Positions 60,804 through 64,000 of a DNA stretch of 64,000 bases are shown here, piece by piece. This DNA comes from a virus. Position numbers and translations under genes: made by a program. Numbering within the stretch: the first letter of the stretch is position 1; every line of letters begins with the position of its first letter. The DNA is taken from the IMG/VR virus record IMGVR_UViG_3300034190_002630; one strand, 5' to 3'. The notes beneath the pieces are model-generated. The model saw nothing but the letters and a program-made list of their open reading frames with translations. It searched no databases and was not told where the DNA came from.

Positions 60804-61723
60804 TGAGTTATTTTAAAAACACACCCGAGAGTCTCTTAGAAAAAGTAAAAGAGATTCAAATAAAAACAGCTGCAAGAGAAGGTAATAAATTTACTAAAGC
60901 ACTTATGGCTGCGAGAGAAAATGGAAATAAATTTTTTACAGTAAATGGTAAAGAATATGAGACAGAAGCTCTTGATGATAAAGATGTAGCAATAATAAAA
61001 AAAGTTGTTGGTAAACTTAAAGGTGCATCACAAGCACACGCAGGTCAATCAAAAGATTTAGAAAAAGCATTAAGTGATGAAGTAAAATATCCTCATGACA
61101 TGTTCGATCCAAAAACAGGTAAAAAAGAAGTTGCAAAGAATGTAGATGATCATAACAGACTTTCAAAAATGGGATACACTCACGATGACCCTAAAAAGAA
61201 AGAAGACCCATCTCATTCAGTAGTTATCAAATCACAAAAGAAAAAAATGAAAGAAGACCCATCTCATTCAGTAGTTATCAAATCACAAAAGAAAAAAATG
61301 AAAGAGGATAACACTAACGACAAGTCTGATGATGGTGAGGGAATGGATAAAGTTCAACCTAAAGCGTTGAAGAAAAAATTTAAAGATAGAATAGATAAAG
61401 ATATTGATAATGACGGTGATGTAGATGATTCTGATAGATATCTTCATAGAAGAAGAAAAGCAGTTTCAAAAGCAATCAAAAAAGAAGAATCAATATCTGA
61501 TATTCAAGGTAATAAAAATCTTTCTATGAGAGAAGCACTTGCTAAAATTTGGAAGACTGATGCAGGCAAAAGTTATTTTGAAGGATTTGCATCTGATGCT
61601 CAAAGAAGAGCTGCCTTTGCACAAGGATACAAAGCAAAAGATAAAGATAAAAAAGAGCAAGTAAAAGAAAAGACTTTAACAGGTAAGAAAGAAACTAAAG
61701 TAGAGATAAATCCAAAAGTTTAA
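60803..61723 (+). CDS. Modular Lys/Asp-rich protein, probable capsid-internal polyprotein
   Basis: DKDIDNDGDVDDSD EF-hand-like motif; duplicated 17-aa module. Confidence 0.55.
   Translation: MSYFKNTPESLLEKVKEIQIKTAAREGNKFTKALMAARENGNKFFTVNGKEYETEALDDKDVAIIKKVVGKLKGASQAHAGQSKDLEKALSDEVKYPHDMFDPKTGKKEVAKNVDDHNRLSKMGYTHDDPKKKEDPSHSVVIKSQKKKMKEDPSHSVVIKSQKKKMKEDNTNDKSDDGEGMDKVQPKALKKKFKDRIDKDIDNDGDVDDSDRYLHRRRKAVSKAIKKEESISDIQGNKNLSMREALAKIWKTDAGKSYFEGFASDAQRRAAFAQGYKAKDKDKKEQVKEKTLTGKKETKVEINPKV
61198..61305 (+). repeat. Perfect 51-bp tandem repeat (about 2.1 copies, KEDPSHSVVIKSQKKKM)
   Basis: Identical units starting at 61200 and 61251. Confidence 0.95.
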
Positions 61724-61724
61724 C

Positions 61725-62246
61725 ATGAGATCACTTGTCGAAATAATGAAGACAAGTGCCGAGGACTTACCACAGATATACTGTGATATGGACGGAGTTC
61801 TTTGTGACTTTATAAAAGGGGCAAACGCCGCAGTAAATGGTTTGTTTGTCACTGCCGAAAGAGGCACCCGTTGGGATAAAATAGCAGAGAAAGGTGCGAA
61901 GTTTTGGGCAGACTTAGAGTGGATGCCTGATAGTAAAAAATTATATCAGTTTATCGCAAGATATAATCCTAAAATATTATCAGCATATTCACCTAAAATG
62001 GCATCAGGTTCTAAAAAAGGAAAGATGCAGTGGCTCCAAAAAAATACTAGAATCAAAAGAAGTGATATAAATCTAGTATTAAGAGACCAAAAACGTAAGT
62101 TTGCACAAACAAATGACAAACCTAATATACTTATAGATGACTATATAAAGAACGTTAGGGAATGGGAAAGTGCAGGTGGAATAGGAATAACGCATATAAA
62201 CGTTAGAAAAACGATATCTGAACTTAAAAAACAAGGATTTAAATAA
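61725..62246 (+). CDS. HAD-family 5'(3')-deoxyribonucleotidase-like protein
   Basis: YCDMDGVL, ILS, GK..W, LIDD. Confidence 0.8.
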   Translation: MRSLVEIMKTSAEDLPQIYCDMDGVLCDFIKGANAAVNGLFVTAERGTRWDKIAEKGAKFWADLEWMPDSKKLYQFIARYNPKILSAYSPKMASGSKKGKMQWLQKNTRIKRSDINLVLRDQKRKFAQTNDKPNILIDDYIKNVREWESAGGIGITHINVRKTISELKKQGFK

Positions 62247-62253
62247 GAATTAT

Positions 62254-62261
62254 TATAAATA
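62254..62261 (+). promoter_or_regulatory. T4-type late promoter
   Basis: TATAAATA then AAGGAG SD. Confidence 0.8.
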
Positions 62262-62283
62262 ATAATAAAAAAAGGAGACTAAC

Positions 62284-63570
62284 ATGGGCTTATGGGGAGT
62301 TACACCGAATCTAAAACCAAAGTTTTTGCCTGAAGACAAAAACGCCGCTGGTTCAACTGGTGCAAGACATCACGCAATAGCGACCAAAAGTGGTTGGGGT
62401 CTAACACCAGGCCTTGCTGCTAGTGGAAACGATAACACGGATGCACAACCAGAAATACTGGTATGTGTAAAAAATTTAGCAGAAGCATTTGGTTCTGCAT
62501 CTATTATTGGTATAAATTGGACTGATCAAACAGTCGCAGACACAGGTACATTTGATATCACTGTGACATTTGATGAGGCAGTGGATGTTACATCTGCAAC
62601 AAGAACTGCAAACCAAACAATTACAAATAAAGCATACATCTTATTATCAAGAGTTGGAAAAACAGACATGGTTGAAGACAGTACAATGGCATGTCAATAT
62701 TTTTCTGGTTCAGGTACAAACCAACTTACATTTAGAGGACTTGCACAGACAAACGCAGCTGCAGGTTTCTTAGCATTTAATGGTGAAGGAGTTGGCGATA
62801 CAGGTGTTGTCACAGGTATTAACTTTGACGGAACTGCAACAATAACTGAGGAAGACGGAAGTTCAGGTTTAAGTATTAGACTTGAAGCTGGAACAACATC
62901 TGATCCAACATTTGGTGCAAAACTTATTGCAAACGGAAGTGCCGGTAAATCTGCAACAGTAAACGGTGCAATAACAACTGCAACAACAGCATTAGTATTA
63001 GACGGTAATTCTGGTACAATCGCAGTTGGTGATGTTGTCACTGTCAAAGATACAAGTACATTATCTTTCGCAGACGCAGACGGAAACACAGCAATCTCAA
63101 CAAACAATGAATTAACAGTTGCCGCTACAAACGGATCAACATCTGTAACACTAAGTGAAGCAATCACAGTCGCAGATAATGTTGATGTTTTATTTCATAC
63201 AGACGGTGGTGAAGAAATCATCTGTGATTCATTAGCATTTAAAGTTGCAGGTCCATTGTTTGCTACAAGATCAGATATTACTACAATAACAAGAACTGGT
63301 CAAGATACAAGTGTTGCAATACTTTTAGAAGAAGGAACAGCAGACTTTGAAGGTAAAACAAATGGTGACGGAAACTTCTTTAGACTTGTACAAGAGTCAG
63401 GTAGTGCCGCATCAAATGACAGTGATGGTAGAAACGCAGAAGGTAAGACATTAAGAACTGATCCTATCGTTGTTGAAACATCATTGAATGATGCCGCAAC
63501 ATTGTCACAGACAGGTACATCAAGTGGTACAGCCAACATCCTCAAAGGTGTTGATGTCGCTGCCGCATAG
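62284..63570 (+). CDS. Virion structural protein (Ig-like/beta-rich)
   Basis: MGLWG start; ITVTFDEAVDV...Y.SGSGTNQLTF Ig-like pattern; late promoter. Confidence 0.6.
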   Translation: MGLWGVTPNLKPKFLPEDKNAAGSTGARHHAIATKSGWGLTPGLAASGNDNTDAQPEILVCVKNLAEAFGSASIIGINWTDQTVADTGTFDITVTFDEAVDVTSATRTANQTITNKAYILLSRVGKTDMVEDSTMACQYFSGSGTNQLTFRGLAQTNAAAGFLAFNGEGVGDTGVVTGINFDGTATITEEDGSSGLSIRLEAGTTSDPTFGAKLIANGSAGKSATVNGAITTATTALVLDGNSGTIAVGDVVTVKDTSTLSFADADGNTAISTNNELTVAATNGSTSVTLSEAITVADNVDVLFHTDGGEEIICDSLAFKVAGPLFATRSDITTITRTGQDTSVAILLEEGTADFEGKTNGDGNFFRLVQESGSAASNDSDGRNAEGKTLRTDPIVVETSLNDAATLSQTGTSSGTANILKGVDVAAA

Positions 63571-63572
63571 AG

Positions 63573-63687
63573 TATAAATAGTTTAGCTTGAGTCTATTAT
63601 TATAGGCTCAGTGATGTAGGATAGGGAAACTGATTTCCTACAGTAGAATCCCTCGTAAGAGGTTAATAATATAGAAGGAGACCTATA
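63573..63687 (+). promoter_or_regulatory. Late promoter plus structured leader with three hairpins
   Basis: TATAAATA 63573-80; hairpins 63589-63610, 63615-63642, 63651-63662. Confidence 0.55.
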
Positions 63688-64000
63688 ATGGCCGATCTAA
63701 AGATCACTGCATTAACTTCTCTAGCAGCTGCTTCAGCAAGAGAAGACTTATTGCATATAATCGATGATCCAAGTGGAACACCGATTAACAAAAAAGAAAC
63801 AGTTGGAGATTTCTTCAACGCATTAACAGCACCAGTAACACTTGCTGACTCAGACGTTACATTAACTGAGGCAACACACGCTGGTCGTATCGTAATTACA
63901 CCAAACGTAAGTGCAAATAGAACATACACATTACCAACACCTAAAGTTGGAATGTTATTCAGATTTATTGGCCCAACAGGTTTGGCTGCAGCTGATGGTC
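63688..64000 (+). CDS. Virion/fibre-like protein, 3'-truncated (MADLKITALT...)
   Basis: AAGGAG SD, ATG at 63688, frame open to the window end; not in ORF track. Confidence 0.7.
   Translation, partial: MADLKITALTSLAAASAREDLLHIIDDPSGTPINKKETVGDFFNALTAPVTLADSDVTLTEATHAGRIVITPNVSANRTYTLPTPKVGMLFRFIGPTGLAAADG

Noticed and set aside
61198-61305. 51-bp direct repeat as a CRISPR array
   Set aside because: Only two adjacent copies, no spacers, in frame within a CDS, no cas genes
63663-63929. Minus-strand 88-aa ORF
   Set aside because: Shadow of the + strand ORF at 63688, which has an SD and a late promoter
1-64000. CCGG looks scarce while GATC and GGCC look common, as a clue to the modification site
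   Set aside because: Cannot be counted reliably by eye; needs Markov-corrected k-mer statistics
1-64000. tRNA/rRNA genes, transposases, integrase, stop-codon recoding
   Set aside because: None recognised; core genes translate full length in the standard code; tRNAscan was not run

Overview
This is a 64 kb, AT-rich segment of a large T4-like myovirus, probably a marine phage of a heterotrophic proteobacterium (host is inference). Almost all genes are on the + strand. Core order: fibre/structural genes; gp13-14-15-16-17; gp18-19-20-21-22-23; gp3, uvsY, uvsW, gp55, gp47, gp46; vWA/MoxR (CobT/CobS-like), hsp20; gp45, gp44, gp62, regA, gp43, uvsX, gp40, gp41; then a late block of probable capsid-internal and fibre proteins. 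Tailoring enzymes are threaded between core genes: five radical SAM enzymes, three glycosyltransferases, an NDP-sugar epimerase, a carbamoyltransferase, a DegT aminotransferase and an amidinotransferase. The strongest signal is a cassette between gp43 and uvsX, where T4 keeps gp42 and beta-gt. It encodes an asparagine-synthase-like amide ligase, a C5-cytosine MTase with Arg in place of the motif X Asn, and a CmoA-like carboxy-SAM synthase, pointing to carboxymethyl-cytosine hypermodification. Also notable: a DegT/GT/DesII-like amino-sugar module, a ROSE-like thermometer before hsp20, apparently leaderless replication genes, a 38-aa peptide ORF missed by the ORF track, a Met/His-rich gp22 insert and a structured late leader. 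No tRNA, rRNA or CRISPR array was seen. All calls come from motifs read by eye and T4 synteny; no database search was run.
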